Assembly: GCF_018977255.1 (NCBI RefSeq)
Contig: NW_024704742.1
Location: forward strand, 26,352,001 to 26,416,000
Reading direction: 5' to 3'
Length of the DNA stretch: 64,000 bases
DNA from: Callorhinchus milii
Lineage: Eukaryota
Shown here piece by piece: positions 26,166 through 39,880 of the stretch (position 1 is the stretch's first letter; the number at the start of each line of letters is the position of its first letter). The notes under the pieces are model-generated. The model ran no database searches. It was not told the origin of the DNA and was given only the letters and a program-made list of their open reading frames with translations. A program made the position numbers and the translations under genes.

Positions 26166-27524
26166 GAGTTGCATTATTTAAATATTGGAATAACTTAGGA
26201 AACTCCAGTAAATTTGGGAGTAAAAGAACAATAGAAAAAAATACATTCAGAAATAATTTTAATCCAAGGATTAACAGTAATAATTTGGGTTCACAAACCA
26301 CTGAATAATTTAGGATCCAGTTTTCTAAGCATGTTACAAGTGCATATTTACTGCACTTTCCAGGATAAATGTCGAGCATTACAAATTGAAATGTGTTCAG
26401 CACAATTTCACCACCATGGTATGTAATGAATAAAAATATTATACTTGTGTATAAAGGGGCTACATTATGACAAATGATGATCTTAAAGTAAGGCACATCA
26501 ATGCAGTGCCAGAGAATTGTACATTGCTCAGCATACATATAGTCTTTCTTGTTCCTCAAATGCAGTACAATCCCACAGCTAAGTAACATATTCTGCCATC
26601 AATATAGGTGCATGGATGCTGCAGTGGGGCAAGTAAGTAACAATGCATTGTTGGAGAATTGTACATTACTCAGTATAGGTGTAGCTTTCCCTGTTCCTCA
26701 AAATTTTAATGCATGCCTTGAGCCCTTCCCACACTCAACTGTATTACCAGCCTGGTTCGGATACACATCCTCAATTCTATGTAGCCAGAGGAGATCCCAA
26801 AAGTGTAAGCTGGGAATACAACATATGCTTGAATGTTAAGTTGAATATTTCCAATGTTAAAAAAAAGTCAGATACAAACAATAAGGAATAGGCAGGAAGA
26901 GTTCTTTGTTTGTGGAAACTACTGCAGTTGAAGACTCAGGAATATTACAGTAATTTAACAATTTACTTTTTTTTAAAAAATCAATGACTACATACAAACA
27001 GGAGTATAGTTAAACAGAGCTGAAGCTGGGCCTCTCATCATCATATGAAGACTATACAGTGTGTTCATTGAGGAGTCTGTACAATAATAACTTACATTTA
27101 TATAGCACCAGTCATGTAGGATAGTGTCTCTGAGTGCTGTACTGTGGAGGGATTGGACACTGAGCTACGGAGAAAGGGAAAGTAACCATTGGCATGTTTG
27201 AAGAGGTCGGTCTTCAGATAATAATAATAATATGGGGGAGATTTAATGGCTAAAGAGGGTGATTGCTAGCTGTAACTGGTTGGGCAAATAGGGCTTCCTC
27301 CATTTATGAGGGTCTCGATTCTCGATGCCTATCTAACAGTTATTACTAATTTCGAGAGAGAGAATACAATGCACTTACATCACCACAGCAAGTCTGCTCT
27401 TCCTTTTACCTAACACAACGAAGGAGCCTGCAGTTCTTCACAAAAGAAACCTGGAAGTAAGAACATTTTTATTAACTTTTTTTTTAAAAAAATCCAAAGG
27501 TACATTGTCATATAATGTTAGTTA

Positions 27525-28100
27525 CAACACACAAACAGGCCATTTGGGCATGAAGACAGATCTGGGAATTTCACCAGCCAATCGCTTAGAATGTATTTTA
27601 ATATACTTCCTCTTCAAACATCTAATTTCCTTTAACTGACTTGGTTTCAAGTATAGTATGTGGCAAGAGAGGTCCACATTCTGACCACCCACTGTGTAAA
27701 GATTTATTTGTTAAACCTTTCCTTTAATACCTCTTTTGATTATCTTAAAACATTGTGCCCTCTCATTACTGACTTGTGGAAATCATCTATTACGCTATAC
27801 ACTATCACAACTTTTTAATAACTGTTAGATAGGATGTCCCTTTACATTACCCAACAATAGTGAAAAAGTTCCAACTTCTCAAGTTTCTTTTCACAACTGA
27901 AACTCCTGATTCCTGTAAACATCTCAGTGAATCTACCCAGCATTTGTCATATACTTCCTATGATAGTGTCCTGTACACAAACATGTAGTAACTGTGGCCT
28001 AATTAAGGTCTTCTACAAGTTCAACATGACTTTGATGTTGTGTATTCCATGCTTCTAGATATAAAACCAAGGATTCAGTTTGACATTTTATGGCCTTATT
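27525..28100 (-). mobile_element. Degraded CR1 fragment
   Basis: acaaacaggccatttggg..., ccacattctgaccacccactgtgtaaag and taactgtggcctaattaaggtcttctacaagttc resemble reverse CR1 ORF2 C-terminal sequence. Confidence 0.5.
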
Positions 28101-30279
28101 TTATATCTTCCTTTTTTGAAAATGAACATCATTTTTTGTCACCACCTAGATAGAGGGTAATTTCCTTTCCCAGAACTTTGGAAATAGCTTCAGAGCCACA
28201 TCAACAGCCAGATAGCTACTTATCAATCACATCGAATGTGCACAAATTACTCTATTTCAATTTTATAACATTCATCTTATGCCCTGTGGCAAATGAGTCA
28301 TGGAATTATCTTCTGAAAGGAGGCTGTTGATATCAGCGGGCTGGGTAAGACCCCATGGCCAAGTGATTGTGTCTGGATACAACACTATTGAGCAAAACTA
28401 AAATTTCTATTTGTTTAAGAACAGGACAAAATAACCAACAATCAGGTCCATTTTGAACTCTCTTTGCCCATTAGGGTCTCTACTGATGTGCTTAACTGTA
28501 CAAATGCACAGAGTTTCCCCAACCCTTCAATGCAATTTTCAAGTGACAAATATAAATCAGGTTTCCTGCTATGAATCACTTCCAGCAATGTGGGCTGGGC
28601 ATTAATCATCCAATAAACCTGCTCTCTCTTACAATTTTTCACGTGCACACAGGAGATTCTGAACTTAAAAAGTCGTTCATTCATATTGCAATCCATCTGT
28701 CAAATAACTTCTGTGGATCTTTGTTTGCAGCAAAATTGTCCAGCCATTGATTTGAATGGCGGGGGAATAAACATTATCATTTTTTAAAATAAAAAAACAG
28801 ATTTGGTTCTTCAATGGTAGAGCATAGAAAAATTGGACAGAGCCATTAATAACAAAACACTTGTTGGAAATTCAATGTACGTAACTACTACAGTTTTAAG
28901 AATACAATCATGGAACAAAACATTATAAACTACGGTACCATATATTGCAATGTACCATATATGCATATATTGCATATACCATATCTGCAGCTATTTTTGC
29001 ACCGCTGTGTTTCTGGGGACTCAAGCAAATTTAAAGTGTAAATCTCTTTACACGTCAGTAAACAAACTATTATTCTCATCCTTCTTACTAAATTCAACTT
29101 GCTAAAATCCACCGACTTTTAATAAAATAAATTACTGCATCTTTCATTCTGTAGAGATTACTTCAGACTAGACAGTTTTATTGTTTCGAATTTGAACATG
29201 TACAAAATATGTTTTTCAGGCAATAGCCATAACATAACAGTTAACTCATGTGATATAACATCACTCCTTGTAAAATCACTTGATTTGATCCCAGATGCCC
29301 TATTTCTATCTGTCGCTATGTTTCCTATGTCAACCTATGGTCCTGGGGGGAAATCAAAAAGCATAAAGAAAATCCTTTGTGAACTCCAACTGAATAAAAT
29401 ATGCACGCAAAGCTCAGTCTCTGGGATTATAACTGATTAAAACGCCCTCCTGATTGTGGGTTATCTAGCACATTGGCTTTTTGATGGGACACTGCTGTGT
29501 GCAAGTTAGTGTTCACCGACAAAATACACTTTGAAGTACAGCCTGTAAAAGCACTTTGAATCATCCTCCCGATGCAAAAGGTTGTATGACAAATTAAAGT
29601 ATTAATATTAATTATTATTATCATGATAATCATTTTCAGATGGGGTAGAATAGCTTTGACCAACTTCTGCTGAGAAACTCCAATATTCACGTGGTTATCA
29701 GTGGAAAACATCTTTTAAAAAATCTGCACGCAGTTGGAGACCAATCAATTAAAGCGTTTGCTATCCAATGTAGCCATCCATCCTAATCACAATTGTCCTG
29801 CTCTCATCTTGTATCCTCGTATCCAATACACTTGCCCTGGTAATGCCCCAATTGACTCTTTTACCCTAACAATCTAGCCTTAGGAATTAATTCCATTGCA
29901 AAGCAGAGTCTTTTCCAGTTATATCCTCAGCTACGCTACTACTATACTTTTTCCTTCCTCCTCGTTTCCTCCAGTGTAGTATTAATCGCTACAATGAAAA
30001 GCTAAGAGTATTGTATACGTAAACAATTACTTCAAGGCTGAGCTACACTACCTTTTTCTTTCAGCTTTAAATCAATTGACAGGAAATACAGTGAAGGAAA
30101 CAATGTGATGTGTTTTCAAGGTTTACATAGAAACTTAATAGAAAATTCATTTAAGTGTGTGTTGTAAGAAACCTTTTAAAGAAAAACTTCCACAGCCTAA
30201 AAAATCTTTCAAAAATGCCGGCAAGCTTTTTTTCCTATTCTCCCTGAATCGAACTAGCTATGGAATGCACCCAATGTCA

Positions 30280-30460
30280 AACACATGATCACACACCACA
30301 CACACCGTAAAAGACGCATGCACACAGACTGAGTAACACCCCCAAGGGCACGGTGATACGCACACAATAATACACACAGTAACACATACATGGACAGCAT
30401 AATACATACACAGCAATATACACACACACACACACACACAGAGTAATACACACGCACAAA
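30280..30460. repeat. Degenerate CA-rich microsatellite
   Basis: Interrupted acacac runs with a pure (CA)n core at about 30420-30440. Confidence 0.85.
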
Positions 30461-31039
30461 GCTTTGACATTTATCGGACAATCCCAAACATTACCAAAGC
30501 ACCATGTTACCATGATAACATTCAAATCATTTGTATAGTTCTGGCAACTTTCACAAAAGAGGCTGCTGGTTGGTAAAACACAAGTCCTAAAATGCATCTC
30601 AAGTTTAGGCTTTTTTTTATTTAAAATTAAATCCAAAAGGATATTATTTTATTTCTATAACTGTATCCATATCTAAAGTCACAGAATGAGAACAAACTTA
30701 GGTGTGTGCCTAAGTAGCTCGTCTTATCAGTGTACGACAGGTTGAGAAGTGCTGCAATTTTCTTTCTGTTCCTGCCCATCAATGGGTCGATACTTTGACC
30801 TTTCAGAAAACAACTTGCCTTGCCCAAATCATTTTGTACTACTCTACTACCAACACATTGGATACCTCATGGCTGGGTTGAGTGCTTCTCACAGATGCTC
30901 TCTGTCTGCATGTATACCACGTAGTAAACAATTCAAGTAAAATTTTCACCCACTAGGCAAGTTGTGTGGCCTTTTCATTTTGCAGTTGGTTATGTTGCTT
31001 TGTGAGCTGACTGAACTGCTTTTGTAGCCCCTTTGGGTG

Positions 31040-31452
31040 TCAACTTGGCTCAATTAATAACACTCTAACCTCCAAGTCATGCGGTTATGTCTTGGGGTTT
31101 CAAGCCCCATGTTGAGACTTTGAACTCACTGACTAGGGTACTCTGCATTGCCGGAGGTGGTATCATTTCGATAAGACGTTAAAATAAAATGTGGTCCGCC
31201 CGTTCAGACGGGTGTTAAATATCCCACTCACAAGTCGAAAAGAGAAGGGATTTTCCCTTGTCCTGGCCAACAATCCTCCAGATGAAACTAGTCATTCACA
31301 GTTTTTGGGGCACTGCGGTATTTGTGGGATACTGTGGTGTCCTTAATTGGCTTCCAATTGCATTCACTACACATTACAGTGTTTCTTGTGAAGCACTTTG
31401 AGATGTCCTCCCAGCAGGAAAGGCGCTATATCAAATGCAATGATTATTTATT
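31040..31452 (+). mobile_element. DeuSINE-like element, degraded
   Basis: ttggctcaatt head, gataagacgttaaa, gtcctggccaacaat, tail gcgctatatcaaatgcaa. Confidence 0.7.
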
Positions 31453-31604
31453 CAAAACTCAGACCGTCTCCAATGCATTATTCCTATGAAGTCGACAATG
31501 GCATTCCTCATCTTTAATCTTCACCTCCCCATAAAATCTATGAGCAAGTAAAATCCAAGCTTGTCATCATCTAACCACTTCTGTTTACCTGGTTTTCTTT
31601 GCTA

Positions 31605-31688
31605 CTTGAAAATCTAAGTTTGGTTTGGATCTCTTAAGTATAGTGATGGATTTCCACATGTGTCAGACACCCGGCTAACCAAAAATAA
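31605..31688 (+). repeat. Unclassified structured repeat family, 3' end
   Basis: ttggtttggatctcttaagtatagtgatggatttccacatgtgtcagacacccggctaaccaaaaataat is the reverse complement of 51890-51968. Confidence 0.8.
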
Positions 31689-33491
31689 TCTTCAGAATGC
31701 CTCTAACACACCTTTAACAGCCTTGTCATTACAGTGCACTAGGCCTGCTGTCTTGTTAAGGCTTTTACTGCCTCAAGCACTCTTTTGATTTCAGTGGTAC
31801 AAAAGAGCGCATAAATTTAGGTAGTCAGAAGGAAAACAAGCTCAAATAACAGATTGCTTGTGCATTGGGGTGCACTAGTTTGAGTTTTCATTTCTCTCCC
31901 CTCGGCCAAATGTGACAAGAACAGCCAGCGTTTCCTGCACTCTCTGTTTCTACTGGTACACAAATAGAGCACACAGCCAGCATATTGCTGCAATCCCTTC
32001 TAATGGGGTATGATTAAGAATCAGGTACCTCTTTGACAAATATTTAAAAAAATTAAATATAAATATCAAGTGAATTTGTAATAAGCAAATAAAAATCAGA
32101 GGAATTTAAATGCAGATGTAGATAATTGACAAGGCTGGCAACAGCCTCCACAATACCACCACTGTCCTGACTGCCTTTTAAGTACCTTCAACACCATCCA
32201 CCCTTATCGCAGAACCTTTTGGTTTTGCTCAAGAAGGAGCATGGATCAAACGAAACGAAAACCCTGCAAACATGTACACGGAGCCGACTGCAGTGCATAT
32301 TTAGGGCTGCTGTCTTATTAAGATTTTCATTCAAACTGCCCCAAGCACTGCCCTAATCTCAAGTGAGGGCACAAAACCTGGACAATCAGAAGAAAACCCA
32401 GCTGTAATATAGGAGACGGTTTACATCACACTCTGTGCTTATGTGTTGGACTCTTAACAAAATAATAATCACATTTATTTCTGAGCAACTCTCTTTTTAA
32501 ATGCACTTGAAGACGTTTATTTTACGTGAAAGGCACTATATCGAACAAAAGTGATTATTTACTACAATTGATCTTCTTTGGAACCACAAGTTGAGTCACA
32601 GAAAAGGTGGGCTCTCACTGCAAGATGTATTTTCAATCCCACTACCCCTCTCTTTCCTCATACTGCTCAAGCCTCCAATAGATTAGGAGCGAGATGAGCT
32701 GGAGGGGAACATAATTTGCCCCCATTTCTCCCACCCCATGCAACTCCTTAAACCCCTTCCCCCCCAACAAACAGAGCTGTTTGACCAACAGGAGAAATAA
32801 ATTACAAATGCTCTAAGTTGCAGTCCAAATGTGGTCGCGAGCATAAAATTCTTGAAGCACAAGGTAAAAAGTTAAATTTCCTTTAATTAAAATACATTAA
32901 TGTCATTACATCCCATTTAGTATAACATTCTGTTCCACTTATTAATTATTCTATCAGCCCCGGCTTCCAGTGACATGCCTAATTGGCATAAGTTACACCA
33001 AGCAGAGGAGTCCAATGAACAGTGTTGCTGTTTCAAAGCTCTCAATGCGTCTCACACTGAAGATACAAAGCTTTGAGAACATCCAGAGCTCTGAATAAAG
33101 CACCAATTAATCTGTTTTTGGTGAATTTGGTCGAGGTGCTTCAATAAGCACATCAGCCGATAAAGTTTGATTGGGTTTATATTGTGTGGAATGTTCTACA
33201 GGGACTGCTGAAACTGGTCGCGGATATTTAAGATCAAGCAGGGAATTCTTCTACAAAGATCACCAAATACAGAGCAGAATTTCAAAATTCACACAAAACC
33301 TTTGAATAAATGCCCTACGTTAATGTACTAACCCACATTTCGCAAAGACATACTAAACATTTGACAGACTGTTGACAGGTGTAAACAGGAGAAAAGGAAT
33401 AATCTCACGTCGGAGGGATTTTCAGATTGCGGTCTAAACTGTTGACTGATGTCTTGTTAATAGCTTGTTTGTGACAAATTCTTTTGAGACA

Positions 33492-33893
33492 TTAGCCTGG
33501 CTGAGTCAGTCGCACTAAATTAGATGGTTGCAGGTTCAAATCCCACGTTGAGATCGTAGTCTAGGCTGATATTCCAACACAGTGCCTCAATAGAGCTGGA
33601 TTGATGAAGGCACTGGCCTTCAAATGAGGTTTTAACCAAGGTCTCTGAATCGGGTGGAAATTAAAGATCCCATGGCACTGTTGGAAAAAATAGTGGACTT
33701 TCTCTCGATGTCTGGCCAACAATCCTACAGATTACAATTGGTCATTCACTTTGTGGCTGTCTGTGGCATATTGCTGTGTGCAAATTGGCTGCTGTCTTTG
33801 CCTACACATACAGAAAAATTGTGTAAAGTACTTTGAGATGTTTTAATGATTGATAAGGCTCTGTATCAAATGCAACAATTATTGTTGTTATTA
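33492..33893 (+). mobile_element. DeuSINE-like element
   Basis: aggttcaaatccc B box; ggtggaaattaaagatcccatggcact Deu core; ttgctgtgtgcaaattggctgc. Confidence 0.75.
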
Positions 33894-35107
33894 TATGAAG
33901 ATGTGTAAAAATTGTTTTGCATTCTTCAAATTGAGTTCAGGTGTATCTGTCATAACACAATGTAAATATCCTGGATATTGCTGAATTCACTATATCCTGA
34001 AAAGGATTGTGCTGCTGGGTTTTGCATTTGTTGATCTGTTCCCAACAATTTGCTTGGCTAAGTGACACCCCATGATATTACTTGAAAAGAAAGTTTCTCC
34101 CTGTGTCCTGGCTAACAACCCCTCAAACAAAATTTGTGACTGTTTGTGGGATGGTTGCTGTGCAACATTCTCTAGCACTTTCGACTACAAAACACACAGT
34201 ATACGCACTTTATGGTATATCTTGTGAAGTCCATTGAGACCTCTATCCCAACATGAAAGGCATTTAAAGATCATTATTATTATTGATATGGGTCAAGGTG
34301 GAATGGATTGCTCATTCAAAGAGCCAGTACAAAAAAAAGGCAAACAGTATTATGGTTCTATAATAGGCCTTCTTTAGCCCAATTAATTGTCTGGCTTCTT
34401 TACAGGTAACCTCATCTGCACAGGAAGCGTTTAGAAATGTAATAGTTGATTAGCTAAAAAAAATGACTGAAGCTCCTAATTTATATTTAAAGTAAATCAA
34501 CAGCATGTCACTGTGATCATTGACCAGGACCTGCTGGTAGTGGAAGTCGGAGTATGCCTTGTCTGGGCAAAGATATTCCTTGGAGGATCTATACCCTGGC
34601 TTGTGGGATCAGCTTCCTCGGAAGCCACACAATGCTGAGCACTGGGGGATCCTTAAGATCAGGGGTACCTCGCTAGATGGCCTCACACAACTCCCTGCGA
34701 GCTTCCTGGTGGACAACACAGTTGAGCATGAAATGCATGAGAGCATTGTACCACCAGCTTGCTGCCCATAGCTCAGACATGTTGAACCCTTTCAGGGAGC
34801 CAGTCCACCACTGGATGCAGCCCATTGATCCTGCTTAATTTCTCTAATAACCTTCCTGGATTTGTGATGTGTTTTGTCATCAGTTGCCTTTGCTGCAGTT
34901 TTAGCTTACTGTGAGGAACCTTCCAAAACTGCTTTAAAGGCCCTCTGCTTTCGTCTGATAGCTCTCCTTCCTTTTGTGGTCCCCTGACAGGGTCCCACTT
35001 CAGGGATGAGTTCCTTATAAGCTATAGCTTCAGTTTCATTTCAATCTCAGCTATAGCAGTAAGAAAATCCTTGGCTACATTGAGCTTCGCACATACTAAA
35101 CAATTTT

Positions 35108-35358
35108 TATTGGTCAGCCAGATGCCTTGATACATGTGGAAATCTATCAGCATATTTAAGAATATCCAAACCAGACTGAGTTCTGCATATGCATGATACC
35201 TACAAACAGAAAATGTTCTGTGTCCGGAATCGAGTACACACTCTCTCACTGCTTACCAAATCCTGGAAAGCATTAGGTACAGGTTGGCGAGAGCCAAGAT
35301 TTAGCAACCCTAGAGCGTGCATTAGGATATTGCTGGAATTTAACCAGGTAAAACTACT
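35108..35358 (-). repeat. Unclassified structured repeat family, near full length
   Basis: ttggtcagccag...tatccaaaccag...aggttggcgagagccaag...gctggaatttaaccaggtaaaact, collinear with 57645-57910. Confidence 0.8.
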
Positions 35359-35368
35359 GAAATTACTG

Positions 35369-35638
35369 TATAATAATAATAATCTAGACGTCTCAAAGCG
35401 CTGTAAAGTGAATTGACTATATATTTGTTGGCGAAATGCGGCAGCCAATTGCGCACAGCAGCGTCCCACAAACAGTCGTGGATTGAGCGACCAAATTATT
35501 ATTTGATTTTCTTTCTTGAGGGATTATTATCAGGCATGTGAAGTAAGGAAACTTGCCCAAGGTTTCGCCCTGCCGGGAATCAAACCCAGGTCTCTTGCTT
35601 GCAAGGCGAGTGCTCTAACCACTGAGCTACAGGCCTCC
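35369..35638 (-). mobile_element. SINE, short subfamily, with deletions in the tail
   Basis: Intact head; tail lacks the ccttgcatttgatatagcgc segment. Confidence 0.88.
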
Positions 35639-35699
35639 AAGCAAGGTTTCCTGCTGGCAAGCTTTCCCACTGCTTGTCCAGCTCAGACTAGCCTGCCCA

Positions 35700-35802
35700 T
35701 TAGGTCTGCCACCTCCCCCCACCACCATATTGTGGTGGCCATTGTCAAGCACTCTGGGATGCTACCCTGTGTGAGAGGCGCTATATAAATGCAAGTTGTT
35801 GG
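35700..35802 (+). mobile_element. L2 3' tail
   Basis: gcactctgggatgctaccctgtgtgagaggcgctatataaatgcaagttgttg. Confidence 0.75.
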
Positions 35803-35987
35803 TTTGTATGGTTAATAGGACATGAGAACTCAGAATCCTTCCCCTTAATCACTAAACACAATTCAAACGAAATACCCAAACAAAAGTACATGGACTTAAC
35901 GGTCCAAAGGTTAACATCTAGAACAATACCTCCCCAGTTTGCAAAGATTTCTTTCCAACAAATTAACTAAACTATTAAGCTATGATC

Positions 35988-36395
35988 CTATAAATGGATC
36001 ACACATTACTTGTAGCATTCGCCAATCATTGCAGATAAAATAAACCTCAGCTAAAGTCTCTTATTTGTAAGCTTTGCTCTTGAATTTATTATGAGAAGAA
36101 AAACTACCTTCATCAGAGCTTTGGAGCCTGAATGAGCTAAATTACCCAGATTATATGTTTTTTAATAAAAATGAACGCTGGATGACAAATAAATCTCATT
36201 AATTTAGGTTCTGTATCAATTGCACTTGTTGCTCTGAAATCAACTACAAATTGATCTAATGTGGCTATCCTTTTATCAATCAAATTAAATATTTCCCACA
36301 GCTTGCATTATTATAATAATGGCAGCTTTCATCTATAAATGGATCACACATTACTTGTAGCATTTGCCAATCATTGCAGATAAAGTAAACCTCAG
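35988..36395. repeat. 63-bp direct repeat pair (35988-36050; 36333-36395)
   Basis: ctataaatggatcacacattacttgtagcatt[c/t]gccaatcattgcagataaa[a/g]taaacctcag; 2 mismatches. Confidence 0.95.
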
Positions 36396-36887
36396 AAGTC
36401 AAGTCGCACTCTACTGATCCTTCAGCTACAGTACTCCACGTGCAGGGAAATGCAAATCATATATAGGAAAGATATATGGCAGATGGCATATGTCTATGCA
36501 AGGTGTTTTTTTAAAATCCAAAAGCCATATTACCTTCCTTCATTACATCCGATAAGAACACTCTCTTTAGCTCCCCTGATGGCCCTAGAGATGGAGCTGG
36601 TGGATTTGAAAACAAGGTGCAAGGATGCATCCCTGGGATGGATGAAAAGCAAAAGGGAAGCACTCTGAACTGACAGCTGAGACCCTGGAGGGTGAACCTG
36701 AAGAAACTGATAGCAAGGGTGAAGGGCAACACAGAAGCAGGCATCCTTGCGTCTATTATGGCTAACCAGTCTCTTGTGGACCTTGTCTGAGATAACAAGG
36801 GAGTAACACCAACTTCAATTCTATTTGCTTGAGTAATTGGTTGAGTTTCCTAAGATCTAGAATGAGATCCCCTGCAACACAGAGATA

Positions 36888-37039
36888 AACACAAATTTAC
36901 ATTTATATAGAGCCTTTCACATCAGGAGGCCATCCCAAGGGATTTACAGGTCCTGGCTTGATACCCTAAATGCGGTTGGAAGCCAAAACTGACTATCCAG
37001 CGCCTTGAGAAGTCCTCCCGACGTAAAAGGCGCTATAAA
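36888..37039. mobile_element. Two L2 3' tails head-to-head, forming a short inverted repeat
   Basis: Left arm acaaatttacatttatatagagcctttcacatcaggagg; right arm cctcccgacgtaaaaggcgctataaaaatgtaatttgttgttg. Confidence 0.8.
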
Positions 37040-39156
37040 AATGTAATTTGTTGTTGTTTACTAAGAGTGACTGACGTGTTAATGCAGAGCAGGGCCCCTT
37101 ACTTTTAACATGTAAATGGACTTTGAACTGACATAGTCCAGGCTGACCACTGTAGTATTAACAGAATAGAGAAAGGCAAGAAAAATTACAAATGGGTGAG
37201 AATGGAAGCCAGGAGTGAGAAAAAGCATCCACTTTCAGATAAGAAGCTTATTCTTGTATTCTATACAAGAGTGTGAGGGAGGTCCTCAAAGATACGGGAA
37301 GAACCTTTAGGTTTTGAATTAACTTGGGCTTTGTTCAGGTGAAAATAAATGTTTGGACTAACAGAGGAAATCAAACTACTTGGAGGCAGCTCTACCAGTG
37401 GAGAAGCTTCAGTAGTTCATCTGACATCAGAGGACACAGTGAGCTTTATTAGATGCAAAAAAAATTAATTAAGGTATTAAGTGTTGGTTAGATTGAAGAG
37501 ATTTAAGAGAGATGCACGTCTCAAAAGAATTGAAACGGACAAGATTGTTCCTCTATCAAAAGACAATGAAAGAGTTGCACTGAAGGAGCAAACAAAGGGA
37601 AAGAGATCTGATATCAACTATAATCATTAGTAAGAGAATCAATATGGTTCGATGATGAGTGGTGGTCATTGCTAGGGAGAAAGATGGATCACAGATGATA
37701 AAGAAGAGAGCCCCGGGGACCCTCAAGGGGGTGAATAATATACCGGTTTAATATATTTACGGTTGGCTCTGAATCTGTGATCAATGGAATTGTTGACTCC
37801 TGATTTTAGGATAAACTCTGCAAACACCAATTGCTGACAAGTGCAGTCACTACTATAGTGATAGGATCAAGATAAGTTTTCACTTTTACTTCCTTTTGTG
37901 AAAGTAGCATTTTAACCGTCGTGTCCCCCATTGTTTTTCTTCTCTCCCTCCCATAGTATCTCTGAAACCCAGAGATGAATGTACACATACAAAAACTCAT
38001 TCCGTCACACCAAGCAGTATACTTCTTAATTCCCACACACAATTTTAAGATAGAGTTTACTTTAGACCCTTTCAATATATTGTATTTACCCATATCCTTC
38101 TGACGAGGAATGTGCAGAGTTTTCAACAGTTCATTTGGTGCAAAAAGTAACATTGGTTTATGTTGATATAACACAAACCTCCATCATTCTGTGCTGAGAC
38201 TATTTGTACAGCAAAACAGTGGACAAGAGTATGTGTTAGCTTAATGACTGCTATACCCACCTTTGGTCATTTAACTAAGAACAGCTGCTCACTCAACACC
38301 AGAATAACTAATCCCCTCTCATCTCTACAATTTGACTGTTAAGTACCTGAATAATCCCGACAATAACCGAAATCTCAAAGCATCAAAACCTTTCAAAATT
38401 TAAATAAATGCCTCAGGCAGGAAGATTAATATTTTGCAGAATTTTTTAAATTTCTACCTCGCACCTCAGTCTAATTCTAAATTTGATAAAACCACTTTGG
38501 GATTACAAGTAATTTTCTACCAAACTGACAAAATACTAATTCTGTAAATTTTAAATCACACAAAGTATAAGAAGATTAAGGCAGGAGGAAGTCATGCTGA
38601 GGTTTGTGCCTTGTGCTGCAGCCTATTGAGAATTAGTGTGGCTTTTTATTCTCTCTCTGTAGGATACTGTACACCCAGCAACAAGAAATGTTCAATCATT
38701 GCTTGACAACTGTCATTTTTTCTTAATAATATCAGTCTTGTCATATCCTACTTTGTCACTTTGCTTTTGCTAGGAAGCTCCCTTTCCAGCAAATCTCACC
38801 AAACTCAAGAGACCCTATTATATATAAACTCACACAGCCAAGGCCTGGAAATGTATTGACACTGAAAAATTACCCTCAGGATATTCGTAGTGGAACATTT
38901 AATACGGTTGCAGAAAGGGGTGCTTTTTTGTGATAATAATGAATAATCCTAGCATTTGTTATAGTGTCTTAACATCAAGAAAGTCTCAAAGCACTTTCAC
39001 AAAGTTTCTCGAAAATGCAGTGACTGTAGTTGCAGGCAAACACAGCATCCAAACTACGCACAGCAATGTCCCACAAAGAGTCATGAAGTGAAATCCCAAT
39101 TTATCTGAACTCAATTTGAATCCTGCAGTAATAATACTACTCCTTACATTTGATAT

Positions 39157-39880
39157 ACAACAACAGCTTTCATTTCAGGAAGATCTATCAAGGCGCTGGA
39201 AGGTTAATGGTTTGCACCCGAGCTGTGCGTTTGATTTGAGAGGGACAGGGGCTAAAGCGGTGGGAATGGAAAGATGACTGAAGCCACGATCAAAGAGGAA
39301 GGTCTTGAGATGGACCTTGAAGGAGGCAAGGGAGGGGGCGAGCTGAAGGGACTCTATGATGGAATTCCAGAGTAGTTTGGGCAGAAAAACTGAAGGTCCG
39401 ATCGCTGATGGTGGATGGGCAGGGGACGCGAAGCAGGCCAGTGCCTGTTGAGCGGAGGGAGAGGCAGTTCTGAAAAGGATTTAGAAAGACACAAAGGTAG
39501 GGAGGAGCAAGATCATTGAAGGTATTAAAAGGGACGACAAGGAACTTGAACTCAACCCTCTGGTGGATGTGGAGCCAGTTGAGCATGACAAGGATGGGGG
39601 GTGATTGGCTCATGGAGCTTGTTGCGAGAGAGGACATGAGCTCCAGAACTCAAAACAGTCACCTACTTGTAGAGAGAAGAATTGGGAAGTTCAGCGAGCA
39701 GAGAGTTACCATAATCAAGCCTGGACATGATACAAGCATGGATAAGGGTCTCAGCAGCCTGGTGGATGGTTGGGGGGGTGTGGGGGTTGGAGATAGATAG
39801 TGACAGAGGTGGGCAATGTTGCAGACGTGGGAGAATGCTGGTCAAGGCATGGATGTGGGATTTAAAGGACAACTGCACTA
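39157..39880 (-). mobile_element. L2 LINE 3' fragment
   Basis: AAETLIHACIMSRLDYGNSLL; RVEFKFLVV..LAPPYL. Confidence 0.85.

Noticed and set aside
25960..26589. 209-aa ORF on the minus strand
   Set aside because: Runs through AT-rich unique DNA into a DeuSINE, with no recognisable domain; a chance ORF
30254..30636. Cys/Val-rich ORFs
   Set aside because: Artefacts of the TG microsatellite
34530..35010. GC-richer stretches (also 14540-14830 and 36560-36810) suggesting decayed coding DNA
   Set aside because: No identifiable motif in any frame; cannot be assigned without a search
35988..36395. CRISPR-like repeat-spacer arrangement
   Set aside because: Only two 63-bp units with a 282-bp spacer, in a vertebrate context with no cas genes
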